NCBI GenBank assembly: GCA_964647565.1
Contig: CAZYIM010000002.1
Span: forward strand, 1-64,000
Length of the DNA: 64,000 bases
Direction: 5' to 3'
From: an uncultured Methanosarcinales archaeon
GTDB taxonomy: Archaea > Nanobdellota > Nanobdellia > Woesearchaeales > CAZYIM01
Shown here: one piece after another, positions 29,819 through 39,617 of the stretch
Layout: the number at the start of each line of letters is the position of its first letter
Position numbering within the stretch: the stretch's first letter is position 1
Made by a program: the position numbers and the translations under genes
The notes under the pieces: model-generated
Told to the model about the DNA's origin: nothing
The model's input: only the letters and a program-made list of their open reading frames with translations
Database searches by the model: none

Positions 29819-30061
29819 ATGAAGTCGAAGCTTGAAGAAGGCGAATTCACCAAATATGAAAAAGCCCGGATGATTGGCAGCAGGGCGCTCCAGATATCTA
29901 TGGGCGCTCCTTTCCTCGTAAAATTAAATCAGAAGCAGCTTGAGGAACTCAATTTCAATCCTGTTGAGATTGCCAAGCGAGAGTTCGAAGCAGGTGTCAT
30001 TCCAATTGAAGTCAAAAGGACCCTGCCCAGGCTCGAGGAAGAAGAAGCCAAAGCTGAGTAA
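29819..30061 (+). CDS. rpoK: RNA polymerase subunit K (Rpo6)
   Basis: TKYEKARMIGSRALQISMGAP. Confidence 0.96.
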   Translation: MKSKLEEGEFTKYEKARMIGSRALQISMGAPFLVKLNQKQLEELNFNPVEIAKREFEAGVIPIEVKRTLPRLEEEEAKAE

Positions 30062-30124
30062 TTTTTTATTTTATTTCTTTTTTTTATATTTACAAGTAGT
30101 TGACAAGTTATGAGAACTGCTTGA

Positions 30125-30448
30125 TCATATTGTTTTCTTTATGAACGGCTTCATCAAGAGAGCCAGAATGAATAAGAATATTGCGCTTGCCAATCCCCAA
30201 GCCCAGTTCTGCAATGCAAGTGTTGCCAGCACCAGGGTTATTATGATCACTATTATCATCGGAGGACCATAGAAAAAAAAATCAATAACATAGATCCCTG
30301 CGAGCACTATGAAAAATATCAGGCTTAGGTGGGTGAGTATACTTATGTGTCCAAAACCTATGATTGTAGGATCTATGAAGCCAAAGAAAAGAGCTCCTAC
30401 AAAAGCCAATGAGATGATGTCAGTGATAAGCCTGGGAATGTAAACCAT
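30125..30448 (-). CDS. Small membrane protein
   Basis: Four hydrophobic segments. Confidence 0.6.
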   Translation of the reverse strand: MVYIPRLITDIISLAFVGALFFGFIDPTIIGFGHISILTHLSLIFFIVLAGIYVIDFFFYGPPMIIVIIITLVLATLALQNWAWGLASAIFLFILALLMKPFIKKTI

Positions 30449-30577
30449 GATTGATTCTTTGAGAATTAGGTATTTAAATATTTCGATGGGATATTTTACT
30501 ACTTATTAGTGGTTAATAAACGAAAGATTTATAAAGGATTAGTATATAATGATACCATTGAGATAAGAGGTGATCTA

Positions 30578-31402
30578 ATGAATACCTTTGAAATGTTGAA
30601 TGTTATTTTGAATGCAAGTCCGTACAAAGCTGAAAAAGAGCATAACGAGCAAATTGAACAGGCAAATAAGAGCCTTCGAGATGCTGAAAAATCAGAAAAG
30701 TATCTGGGTGAAACAGTCCGGAGATTAACTGGATACATTGAAGCTGCAAAACAGTCAAAAACCTTCGATGCATCCGATGATTATTTCTTAAGAGGTAAGA
30801 TGGGCGGTGAAGATATATACTATAAACCTATACATGAAAGGAATGGTACACCTGATGAATACCCTTCAGATTATTTCTTAGAGCATATAGCTGAACAATT
30901 TGAAAACTATAAAACATCCTTTGAAATTGCTCAACAAAAAGTTATTGAACTTAAACAAGCTGATGGACCAAAAGCACCTGATTTTAAGAAATTAAAAGAC
31001 GAATATGATCAGACTATATCTGAATTCAACAAGAAATTCGATGGTGTTGTTAACGTGACTTTGGTCAAACAAAAATTCAATGAGGTTCCTGCTTGTCCTC
31101 TTATATACTTGACAGAAGATGCATCAACTCTTCGAGGAGATATGCAAACTTTTGTAGAAAGTAATATTGATGAGCTGGATGTTGAGGCAGTCCATCCAAC
31201 AGAAGGTGAGGTTGCTCCGGTTCTGAATGTCTTTCCCAAACAAGGGATGGGTACTGGTTGGATTGATTTCTTCCGAAGTGATCAAGTATATATTGATCCA
31301 AAAAAGATACCTAAAGGGGTGGTTATGTCTGCCTCAAGTCTAGATCAGGATAGTTTTATGACTCGAATTCTATCGAGTTATCTTGACTCCAAGCTAAGTT
31401 GA
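30578..31402 (+). CDS. Hypothetical protein (coiled-coil N-terminus)
   Basis: GAGGTGA RBS before ATG 30578. Confidence 0.65.
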   Translation: MNTFEMLNVILNASPYKAEKEHNEQIEQANKSLRDAEKSEKYLGETVRRLTGYIEAAKQSKTFDASDDYFLRGKMGGEDIYYKPIHERNGTPDEYPSDYFLEHIAEQFENYKTSFEIAQQKVIELKQADGPKAPDFKKLKDEYDQTISEFNKKFDGVVNVTLVKQKFNEVPACPLIYLTEDASTLRGDMQTFVESNIDELDVEAVHPTEGEVAPVLNVFPKQGMGTGWIDFFRSDQVYIDPKKIPKGVVMSASSLDQDSFMTRILSSYLDSKLS

Positions 31403-31523
31403 TTTCTTATTTTATTTTTTCCCTTTCTTTTCATAAACTTACAAGATTTTAGAAAATTTTGAAGTTAAGAAATATCAAAATATTTCATAAACTTTTTAAA
31501 ACCTTCTTCTTCTCTTGTGTACT

Positions 31524-32984
31524 ATGTCACAACAACTTGGAATCACGGTAAAGAAGAAGGATGATTTTTCCGAATGGTACTCTCAGCTGGTGCAGAAAGC
31601 TGAACTTGGCGACCTTAGATATAATGTTAAAGGTTTCCTGGTTTACCTGCCCTGGGCTACCCGTACAATCCGGAAGATGTATAGCAAGTATGAGGCTGAG
31701 ATGGATGCAACAGGCCATGAGCCGCTTACTATGCCGTCCTTGATTCCAGAGAGAAACTTCAATCTGGAGAAAGATCATGTAGAGGGCTTCACACCAGAGG
31801 TGTTTTGGGTTACAGAACATGGTCAAGGTGAGAAGTTCGAGGAAAGGTTGGCACTCAGGCCTACGTCTGAGACTGCTCTTTACCCTATGTATTCATTATG
31901 GATACGAAGCTATAAGGATCTTCCATTCAAGAGATACCAATCCTGCCAGGTCTGGAGATGTGAGGGTAAGATGACCCGGCCTTTTTTCAGGGCCAGGGAA
32001 TTCCATTGGATCGAGAGCCATAATGTTTATGCTACGCATGAAGAAGCTCTTGCTCAGGTAAAAGAAGACATGGAAATAACTCTTAAGCTGCTTCAAGATG
32101 AGTTTGCAATCCCTGCCATCTTCTTCAAGAGGCCGCAATGGGATAAGTTTGCAGGAGCCCTGAATACCTATGCTGCAGATGCTTTGATGGATTCAGGAAA
32201 GGTGCTTCAATTGCCTTCCACCCATGATCTTGGTCAGAACTTTGCCAAGGCTTTTGGTGTTAAGTTTGTGGATAAGGATGGTAGTGAAAAGCACGGTTGG
32301 ATTACATGTTATGGCCCTGCTATCAGCAGGATCTATGGTGCTATGATAGCCCTTCTTGGAGATGATAACGGGTTAGTGTTACCTTTTGACCTGGCACCTT
32401 TGCAGGCTGTGATTGTTCCTATTCTATTTGATAAGAGTTCGGATGCTGTTTTGAAGAGATGTAATGAGGTGAAGAAGCAGCTGGAGAAGCTTGGCCTTAG
32501 TGCCAAGGTTGATACTCGTGATGAGAAACCTGGCTTTAAGTTCCATCATTGGGAGCTAAAAGGCGTGCCTATAAGGATTGAGGTCGGCCCGAAGGACCTG
32601 GAAAATAAGCAGGTTGTGTTATGCAGACGGGATATAGGTGAGAAGACTGCAGTAGCTGACAAGGATTTTGATAATGTTGTCAAGGATATTAAGGCGGGCT
32701 TTACAGATAATATCAAGAAAAAACATTTCAAGAAGTTTGAGGACAGGATGGTTAATGCAAAAAACACTGCTGACATCAAGAAGGGTCTTGATTCTGGTAA
32801 GATAGTTCGTTGCGAATTCTGTTCAGATGGTCTTGACGGCGTTCCTTGCGCAGAGGTTGTTGAGAAAGAATGCGGCGGCTTTGTAAGAGGTACAAGAGCA
32901 GACAAGGAAGAGGAACCAAAAGGCTATTGTGCTATCTGTGAGAAGGAATCCAAAGAAATTGTCTATATTGCTAAGAGCTATTAA
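31524..32984 (+). CDS. proS: Proline--tRNA ligase (archaeal/eukaryotic type)
   Basis: DFSEWY, LRPTSET, RAREFHW, LGQNF, WELKGVPIR, C-terminal AKSY. Confidence 0.98.
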   Translation: MSQQLGITVKKKDDFSEWYSQLVQKAELGDLRYNVKGFLVYLPWATRTIRKMYSKYEAEMDATGHEPLTMPSLIPERNFNLEKDHVEGFTPEVFWVTEHGQGEKFEERLALRPTSETALYPMYSLWIRSYKDLPFKRYQSCQVWRCEGKMTRPFFRAREFHWIESHNVYATHEEALAQVKEDMEITLKLLQDEFAIPAIFFKRPQWDKFAGALNTYAADALMDSGKVLQLPSTHDLGQNFAKAFGVKFVDKDGSEKHGWITCYGPAISRIYGAMIALLGDDNGLVLPFDLAPLQAVIVPILFDKSSDAVLKRCNEVKKQLEKLGLSAKVDTRDEKPGFKFHHWELKGVPIRIEVGPKDLENKQVVLCRRDIGEKTAVADKDFDNVVKDIKAGFTDNIKKKHFKKFEDRMVNAKNTADIKKGLDSGKIVRCEFCSDGLDGVPCAEVVEKECGGFVRGTRADKEEEPKGYCAICEKESKEIVYIAKSY

Positions 32985-33166
32985 AGGATTATTTCTTTTT
33001 TAAGTATGTCAACTTCTAGCTCTCTTTTTTCTATTGAGAAGTTAGCCTGTAATATGAATGTGACTAATATCACATTCTCTATCTCACCATTGTTCTCTTT
33101 AATTATGGTGATAGTCTGCTCTGCCTCAAACTCCGGCAGTTTCTCTAGTTCTTGGAGTTCATTCAT
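32981..33166 (-). CDS. Short hypothetical protein
   Basis: 61-aa ORF with an upstream TATA-like sequence. Confidence 0.35.
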   Translation of the reverse strand: MNELQELEKLPEFEAEQTITIIKENNGEIENVILVTFILQANFSIEKRELEVDILKKEIIL

Positions 33167-33423
33167 TCTATATAGGTATACTTATTTGTATACTTATATA
33201 TAAATGTTTCGAAAATATTAATTTTCAAAGCCTCAAAATCTTCGATTTTTTATGTTTCGATTGTTTGTTGTTGGTATATTCGTGCTTACAAATCTATAAT
33301 TTTTCGTTACTTTTTAGTAGTAAAATAACCGAAAGTTTTATAAATGGAGACATAACCTGGGAATTGATTTTAATTTTTTTTTTTTATTCAGGTTAAATAT
33401 AAACTAGAATATGAGGCGAGAAA

Positions 33424-34095
33424 ATGAAAGAAGATGATTTTTTGATGAAAATATATAAAGACGTACTTGAGATAAGCAGTGGCAATGAGATTGATGAAAA
33501 CTCATTCAACATGCTGAACTCCCTTGGATTGGCAGGACATGTTGATGCTGCTCATTATGAAAAAGGAAAACAAATGAGGTTCCCACATCTGGGTGCTCAG
33601 AAAAATCTATGGTTGAATCCAGAAGGTGCTGCTAAGACTGAAGAAGGCGACAAGTTCACAATAGTAGATAAAACCAATACTGAAGACTTGAAGCTCATTG
33701 TTGAATCTGCAGCTCTTGAATTTGATATGTGTGAATGTAGGGACGGTAAAGACTCTTATCAGGGAATAACACAAGAGTATGGCGCTTTATTGCTTAAGGT
33801 GCAAGATGCATTATTCAATACATTCCGACAGGAAGCAGGCGATGATTGTCCCAGTTTTGCAGGTTTTAGTGAGTTTAAAGAACGCGCATATGATATCATT
33901 GATAGGATGGATCTTGATGATCATAGTACAATGCGCATCAAGTTTGGCGGTATGATCATGCCCACTATGACTGTAAAGACAGTCAGTGATTTTGCTGGGG
34001 AAAGCGTACACAGCAAGTTCACCAAGGCTGTATATGAGAAGCGGCTTGATGGTATGGTTGACAGGATACAAACTGCTTACCAGAATCTAGATTAA
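33424..34095 (+). CDS. Hypothetical protein
   Basis: GAGG RBS; poly-T terminator follows. Confidence 0.65.
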   Translation: MKEDDFLMKIYKDVLEISSGNEIDENSFNMLNSLGLAGHVDAAHYEKGKQMRFPHLGAQKNLWLNPEGAAKTEEGDKFTIVDKTNTEDLKLIVESAALEFDMCECRDGKDSYQGITQEYGALLLKVQDALFNTFRQEAGDDCPSFAGFSEFKERAYDIIDRMDLDDHSTMRIKFGGMIMPTMTVKTVSDFAGESVHSKFTKAVYEKRLDGMVDRIQTAYQNLD

Positions 34096-34171
34096 TTCTT
34101 TTCTTCTTTTTTTCTTTTTCTTTTTATTACCGTAATATTTTAATAATAGTTAGTTCAGGATTTGTTTTAGG

Positions 34172-35614
34172 TTGAAAGAGAAGAGGTTTGTTAGTTTTTT
34201 GTTAGTTGTAGTTTTATCTATGGCTTTGGCTCTTGTTTTTTTGGATTTTGTTCCTTCTGGTGGTTTGGCGGGTGTTGGTTTGAGTTGTGATTCTGTTTGT
34301 TTTGATGGTGGTTATAGTCGTGGTTTTTGTTTGCCTGAGAGTGCGGGTTGTGTTATTGAGGGTAGTGTTCATGAGGGTGTTGGTGATGTTTTTTGTTCTG
34401 AGCGGTTGTCTGTTGATTCTTTTTGTTGCTGTTTGGGTATTAGTCAGGATACTGATGGGGACCGAAATGTTTTGACTAAGTCTGTTGGTGTTGAGTTTGT
34501 TTATGCGGTTGGTCAGAGGGTTGCGAAGGTTGAGGGTGAGGATGTTTTCTTTTTTGTGAATGATCATTTGGGTAGTCCTAGGCGGGTTTTGGATGTTGGT
34601 GGTGCTGTTGTTTCTGAGTTGGATTTTTTGCCGTTTGGTGGTGAGATGACTGCTAGTGGTGAGGATTTTAAGTATACTGGCAAGGAGTTGGATTTTGATT
34701 CTGGTTTGCATTATTATGGTGCTCGTTTTTATGATTCTGTTCTTGGCAGGTTTGTTACGCCGGATATTGTTGAAAAGTTTCCTAATCCTTATGTCTATGT
34801 TGCGAATAATCCTATGAGAAATATCGATCCTACAGGTGAGCAGGTTGTGAATCTTGCTGGCCGGCAAAAACAATTAGCAGCCGTAACTAGTTGGACCAAA
34901 AAACACATGCCTGAGCCTGTCTATAATGTCCTGAATTTTGTTTTAGGATTCGATGAGTCTATGGAGACTAGAATGAAGAATTCACTGACAGATATGCTCC
35001 TGCCTATGTCTTCAGTTGAAAAGGTTGCTAAGAAGGGGGGTAGCAAGATACTTGACAAGGTGGGATCCTGGTTTCGGAAAAAGTTCAGATCTGCGCCAGT
35101 TAAGCAATATGGTCCTCATTCTAACAGGGAATTCGGAAGGATATACAACCAATTGCGAGAGTGGGGTGCTGATTGGGAGGCGGACGATTTTCTTAAGCTT
35201 CACCAGGCAGACCAGGTTCAATACGGAGATCTGGGATTTAATGTGTTTGTAAGCAAGAATCCGACTGGAGGATACTGGAAGTCCAGTGATATATTTACTG
35301 ACAGGCTAGGTGGTCGAATCAATCTGGGACCTGAGCTTGGTGTCACAATAATGGATATGCCGCGAGTCCCTTACTTTTGGGGGTTTGGTAGAAAACGAAT
35401 GAAAGATGCCACTGCCTTTGAGGCTTCGGTTGTGATGCACGAACTTCAGCATAAGATGAATCCTGGTATGTCTGAAAAAGGAGTGGTTTGGCAGACCATT
35501 CGTCGAAAGCTAGGGTTGGATGTGGACTACATGCGGCCTAGCGAGGATTTTGTGCTGATTAATAACAGGTTAAGTGATAATTATCTAGACATGGCTAAGA
35601 ACGGTATCAAATGA
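34172..35614 (+). CDS. Rhs core+payload module 1: N-terminal TM, 8-Cys module, Rhs-associated core, HExxH C-terminal domain
   Basis: DHLGSPR, YTGKELD.DSGLHYYGARFYD..GRF, NPMRNIDPTG (ends 34837); payload contains VVMHELQH. Confidence 0.9.
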   Translation: MKEKRFVSFLLVVVLSMALALVFLDFVPSGGLAGVGLSCDSVCFDGGYSRGFCLPESAGCVIEGSVHEGVGDVFCSERLSVDSFCCCLGISQDTDGDRNVLTKSVGVEFVYAVGQRVAKVEGEDVFFFVNDHLGSPRRVLDVGGAVVSELDFLPFGGEMTASGEDFKYTGKELDFDSGLHYYGARFYDSVLGRFVTPDIVEKFPNPYVYVANNPMRNIDPTGEQVVNLAGRQKQLAAVTSWTKKHMPEPVYNVLNFVLGFDESMETRMKNSLTDMLLPMSSVEKVAKKGGSKILDKVGSWFRKKFRSAPVKQYGPHSNREFGRIYNQLREWGADWEADDFLKLHQADQVQYGDLGFNVFVSKNPTGGYWKSSDIFTDRLGGRINLGPELGVTIMDMPRVPYFWGFGRKRMKDATAFEASVVMHELQHKMNPGMSEKGVVWQTIRRKLGLDVDYMRPSEDFVLINNRLSDNYLDMAKNGIK

Positions 35615-35771
35615 AATACATTTTCAAAAACTCACAAAACTTGAGGTTTTGCAAGGCTTTTTATTGCGAAAACTAGCAAAACTTTTTGGTGCGTTTTGAA
35701 GTTTTCCCATCTTTGCGATGCGAAAACTATTTAAATAATTTCATCAAGAGGAATATCGAAGAGGGATACTC

Positions 35772-38700
35772 ATAAAAAAAGTAGGTTGGGTTTTAGTTGT
35801 TATTGCATTACTGCTTCTTAGTTCTATCTTCATCTATGCAGATGGTGATGAGGGTGAAGGAGAGGAGAATGAGAATCCTACTGACTTAAACAAGGTCATC
35901 GGCACTCCTGATGACAGGTTTGAGGTTGTGCCTACCAATTTCCAGAACATAGATCTTTTTTCTGGGGAGATTAGCGAGTCAATCCCGCTTTTTAGTTTGT
36001 CTGGCAGATCAGGCATGGGATTTTCGCTCGCTGCAAGCTATACCTCGAATTATGATGCTGAGAAAGAGAACAGCGAGCAGCCTGCTGGCTGGCTTGGACT
36101 TGGCTGGAACTTTGGATTTGGGGCTGTTACTGCGAATACAAAGGGAACCGCTAATTTTGAGGATGACACCTTCTATCTTAATAATGAGAAGCTTATCAAG
36201 ATCCCTGGAACAGAGAACCAGTACAAGCTGAAGAATTATCGTTATGTCAAGATCTTTCGGGTGGTAAAAGACAGCAAGATCAACTATTGGGTTGTCTATA
36301 ATGAGGATGGTTCGATGACCATCTTTGGCCAGGTGCCCAATGCTATTTCATATATGATCGGCAAGGGCGACTGGGTTGGCAATGTCTTTGAGGGTGATAC
36401 TGAGCTTACGCCCACTGCTTGGCATCTCTACCGGCAGTCTGATGGCTTTGGTAATAAAGTGACTTATCAGTATCAGAAGACCGATGAATATCTTAAGTCT
36501 GACAGTTGGCAGTCCAAGTATCCATATACAAAAGCCATCTATCCTAAAAAGGTGATAGATACAATTGGGAGGGAGATTGTGTTTAATCTTGCTAACAAGG
36601 AAATTGATGAATATTACGATCCTTATCCATTTCCAGAGCCAGATTCCTATATAGAGTTTTATGAAGATAAATATCTGGACAACATTGTTGTCTATAATCC
36701 AGATAAGACTCAGTCACAATCTGTGACATTTGAATATGAGCTGGTTGGAAGTGGTCAGTTCAAGAAGAGGCTTTTAAAATCAATAACCAAGTCTATATAT
36801 AATGGCGGCCAATGGAATCCGCTTCCAAAGACAGTCTTTAACTATAATGCTGTTTCTGAGTTAAAGCCTGCGGCTCTTAAGAAGATCGAGCATCCTACAG
36901 GCGGTTCGACAGAGTACCAATATAAGGAACAGGAGTTGGCTTACACCAAGCTTGACGGTTCGCTTCAACAAGATCAGACTCAGGTCGGTTATCTTGGCAA
37001 CAACTATATGGTTGTCAAGCATGGTTCTGTTAAAAGCAATAACTATTATTTCCTTGGGAAATATTCTGTTGCCAGAGACATCAGTGTGTATAACTGGGAT
37101 GGCCATAAGTGGGCGGACAAGCAGGATTTTGCAATTAGCACTGACAAGAGGAATCTTCACATCCATTCAGGCCCTGATTATTTCCTTGTAAGGCCTGTCC
37201 AGTCTGACGAGTTTACTATGTTCCAACGGCATGGGGATAAATGGGAAAAGGAGACAACTATTAAGTTTGATCACCAGTTTGAGATAAGTGGAAACCTTGA
37301 TCTTGCTGAACAGACCTATGTTACAGAGAAAGAGATTTCAGTCTATCCGATGCAGGACAATCTTTTCTTGGTCTATGGTAGGAATCATCATAAGGTCAAG
37401 GCATATCATAAGAAGCTGAATGCTCAGAACAGAGTTGAATGGAGTCAGGTTACTCTTCCTAAGCATCAGTTCTCTGGTTATGTCAGAGTCTGGCCAAGCA
37501 ATAATTTCTTTGTGCTCAGACATGGTTCTGAAGGAAAGAAGATTGATGTCTATAACTGGGAGAATGACAAATGGATCAGGAAGAACAATGCAATGAATAT
37601 CGGTGCTGGAGTCATGGATGTTACTGTCGGAGATGATTTCTTCATAATAACAGATGCAGACAAGAAACTGCATATCTATGAGTTCAAGGGTGATTCATGG
37701 GTTGAGGTCCAAAATAAAAATTTGGCTAATAGCCATCTGGCCAAGGTCTCTGCTGGAAATAACTTTTTTGTATTGGGATATTTTAACGGGGATAATGTAA
37801 AGCTCTTTGAGAGGATTAACAATCATCAGTGGCAGATAGAGTCCTCTGCAAAAACCCTTTTTACATCTTCAAGTGGTCATAAGATCTTTGATGTCTTTGC
37901 TAATAATAAATATATAGCTATTGTCACGAGAAAGAAAACAGATCACAGCCACACATATTATTTTACTGTCTTCAATAAGATCAATAACCAGTGGGTGCAG
38001 AAAAAGACCAATGAGAAAATCGGCAAGGTATTTACTCAGGGTCAGTATCAACTCCAGGAGAACAACTGGAGATATAGCGATATATCTGCCCAGGTCTCTT
38101 TTGGTAAGGATCTGTTGACAGTTTCATTATTGGACACCACGTATCAACAGACAGAGAGTTTTGATGTTATAGCTCCTGATAATCCGATTAATCCTAATTA
38201 TCAGGCTTATCAGAGATGTAATGCTAATTACCAGGCCTGCCTGACACCTTGTGAATCATATAACACCAATTCATATGGTGGTCAGTTCCCATTGCAGGAA
38301 TGCCAGCTTGATTGCGGTTCGTGGAACAATAATACCTTTTGTTTCTCTGTCAATGAATTATACAGCAGTGTTTGTGAAAGTTTTAAGAGCTGCCTGACTG
38401 GATTTGCCAGTTCATGGTCTAATAAGTTATTGAGTTGCCAGAGCCAATGCAAGAGTGATTGCAGCACTGCAGAATCCAACTATGTTCCTGCTGCTAACTA
38501 TCAATATGACCAGTGCAGAAGGGGTTGTGCTGATGCATATGAGTATAACCGGGACGGTTTTAGCTGTGCCAAATGTTTTTGGTCTGATTTAGGTGAAATA
38601 TGTAATTTTGGTGAATGCAGTTGGGATAAATTGGGTGGTGGCGTTAGTGCTGCCAGATGTCATAAGGACCACTATGAGTATCCTCTTTCCAAATATTTGT

Positions 38701-39617
38701 TTAATGTTGGTGGAAGCAAGAAAGCCTATTATTTTGATGGCACTGATTGGCAGGTCCTTGATGACAGTGAGGAGGACATGGCCTTGCAGTTTGAAATAGA
38801 CCAACGGCAAGGAACTTCTGTAGGTTTCTTTGATTCCAGGGTCCTTGAATATGACTATGGTTTTGCTACACCTGAACTTTATTATGATACTATTGCATTG
38901 GCTGGTCCTAAAGTGGATAAGAACAACCTGCCTAAGATGACCAAGTTCTACAAGTCTGCTAAGAACAGGGCAAAGGGCAATGCAGTGACTTATCCAATAC
39001 AATCCAAGATTGTGGATGATGGTATTGGCCAGAAGATTACATATAGTTTTGACTTTGCAGAGGGCAAGCATGACTCAACCTTAAATACTGTTCAGTTCCA
39101 TAAGGCCACTGTTAACATGCCTGCAAATTCAGGTAGGATTGTAAATTATTTCTACAATGGATTGAGCAAGGAGGATGGCAGCCAGTTCCCTGACAAGGTT
39201 GGAGGTCTTAATTTTGAAAAACTAAATGGTCTCACATACAAGTCTGAGACTCTGGCAGCAGACAGCAGCAAGGTTGGAGAGTCCTATAACCAATATGAAA
39301 TTATCAACAAGGGCCACTCGTCTTTCCTTGTACGCGGAACAAAATCAGAGACCAGTGTTGATGGAGTTACTTTGTTTACTGAATACGAGTTTAATGAACT
39401 TAATGGCATGCCTAAGAAGACCATTGTCTATGACGCAAAGAATCCATCTAAGAAGCTCATCACTGAATCAAGATTTGCATTTGAGCAATATCCTGAAATG
39501 AAGGTTTACAATATGCTTACACAGCCCTTTGAGACCAAGACATATATTAATACACAGCTTGTCAGGGTCAATAAGGTTGCATATAAAAATTGGAAAATCA
39601 GCGGAGGCGGTAACTAG
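35772..39617 (+). CDS. TcB/SpvB-like Rhs shell, N-terminal part: signal peptide, propeller-like repeats, Cys-rich insertion
   Basis: SIPLFSLSGRSG..LAASY..GWLGLGW, WHL..SDGFGNKVTYQY, VYNWDGxKW repeats; the frame extends upstream of the GTG at 35928 to an ATA-started signal peptide. Confidence 0.85.
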   Translation: MKKVGWVLVVIALLLLSSIFIYADGDEGEGEENENPTDLNKVIGTPDDRFEVVPTNFQNIDLFSGEISESIPLFSLSGRSGMGFSLAASYTSNYDAEKENSEQPAGWLGLGWNFGFGAVTANTKGTANFEDDTFYLNNEKLIKIPGTENQYKLKNYRYVKIFRVVKDSKINYWVVYNEDGSMTIFGQVPNAISYMIGKGDWVGNVFEGDTELTPTAWHLYRQSDGFGNKVTYQYQKTDEYLKSDSWQSKYPYTKAIYPKKVIDTIGREIVFNLANKEIDEYYDPYPFPEPDSYIEFYEDKYLDNIVVYNPDKTQSQSVTFEYELVGSGQFKKRLLKSITKSIYNGGQWNPLPKTVFNYNAVSELKPAALKKIEHPTGGSTEYQYKEQELAYTKLDGSLQQDQTQVGYLGNNYMVVKHGSVKSNNYYFLGKYSVARDISVYNWDGHKWADKQDFAISTDKRNLHIHSGPDYFLVRPVQSDEFTMFQRHGDKWEKETTIKFDHQFEISGNLDLAEQTYVTEKEISVYPMQDNLFLVYGRNHHKVKAYHKKLNAQNRVEWSQVTLPKHQFSGYVRVWPSNNFFVLRHGSEGKKIDVYNWENDKWIRKNNAMNIGAGVMDVTVGDDFFIITDADKKLHIYEFKGDSWVEVQNKNLANSHLAKVSAGNNFFVLGYFNGDNVKLFERINNHQWQIESSAKTLFTSSSGHKIFDVFANNKYIAIVTRKKTDHSHTYYFTVFNKINNQWVQKKTNEKIGKVFTQGQYQLQENNWRYSDISAQVSFGKDLLTVSLLDTTYQQTESFDVIAPDNPINPNYQAYQRCNANYQACLTPCESYNTNSYGGQFPLQECQLDCGSWNNNTFCFSVNELYSSVCESFKSCLTGFASSWSNKLLSCQSQCKSDCSTAESNYVPAANYQYDQCRRGCADAYEYNRDGFSCAKCFWSDLGEICNFGECSWDKLGGGVSAARCHKDHYEYPLSKYLFNVGGSKKAYYFDGTDWQVLDDSEEDMALQFEIDQRQGTSVGFFDSRVLEYDYGFATPELYYDTIALAGPKVDKNNLPKMTKFYKSAKNRAKGNAVTYPIQSKIVDDGIGQKITYSFDFAEGKHDSTLNTVQFHKATVNMPANSGRIVNYFYNGLSKEDGSQFPDKVGGLNFEKLNGLTYKSETLAADSSKVGESYNQYEIINKGHSSFLVRGTKSETSVDGVTLFTEYEFNELNGMPKKTIVYDAKNPSKKLITESRFAFEQYPEMKVYNMLTQPFETKTYINTQLVRVNKVAYKNWKISGGGN

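Noticed and set aside
34214..34873. 219-aa Thr/Asn/Ile-rich minus-strand ORF
   Set aside because: Artefact of the G+T skew, which removes antisense stop codons
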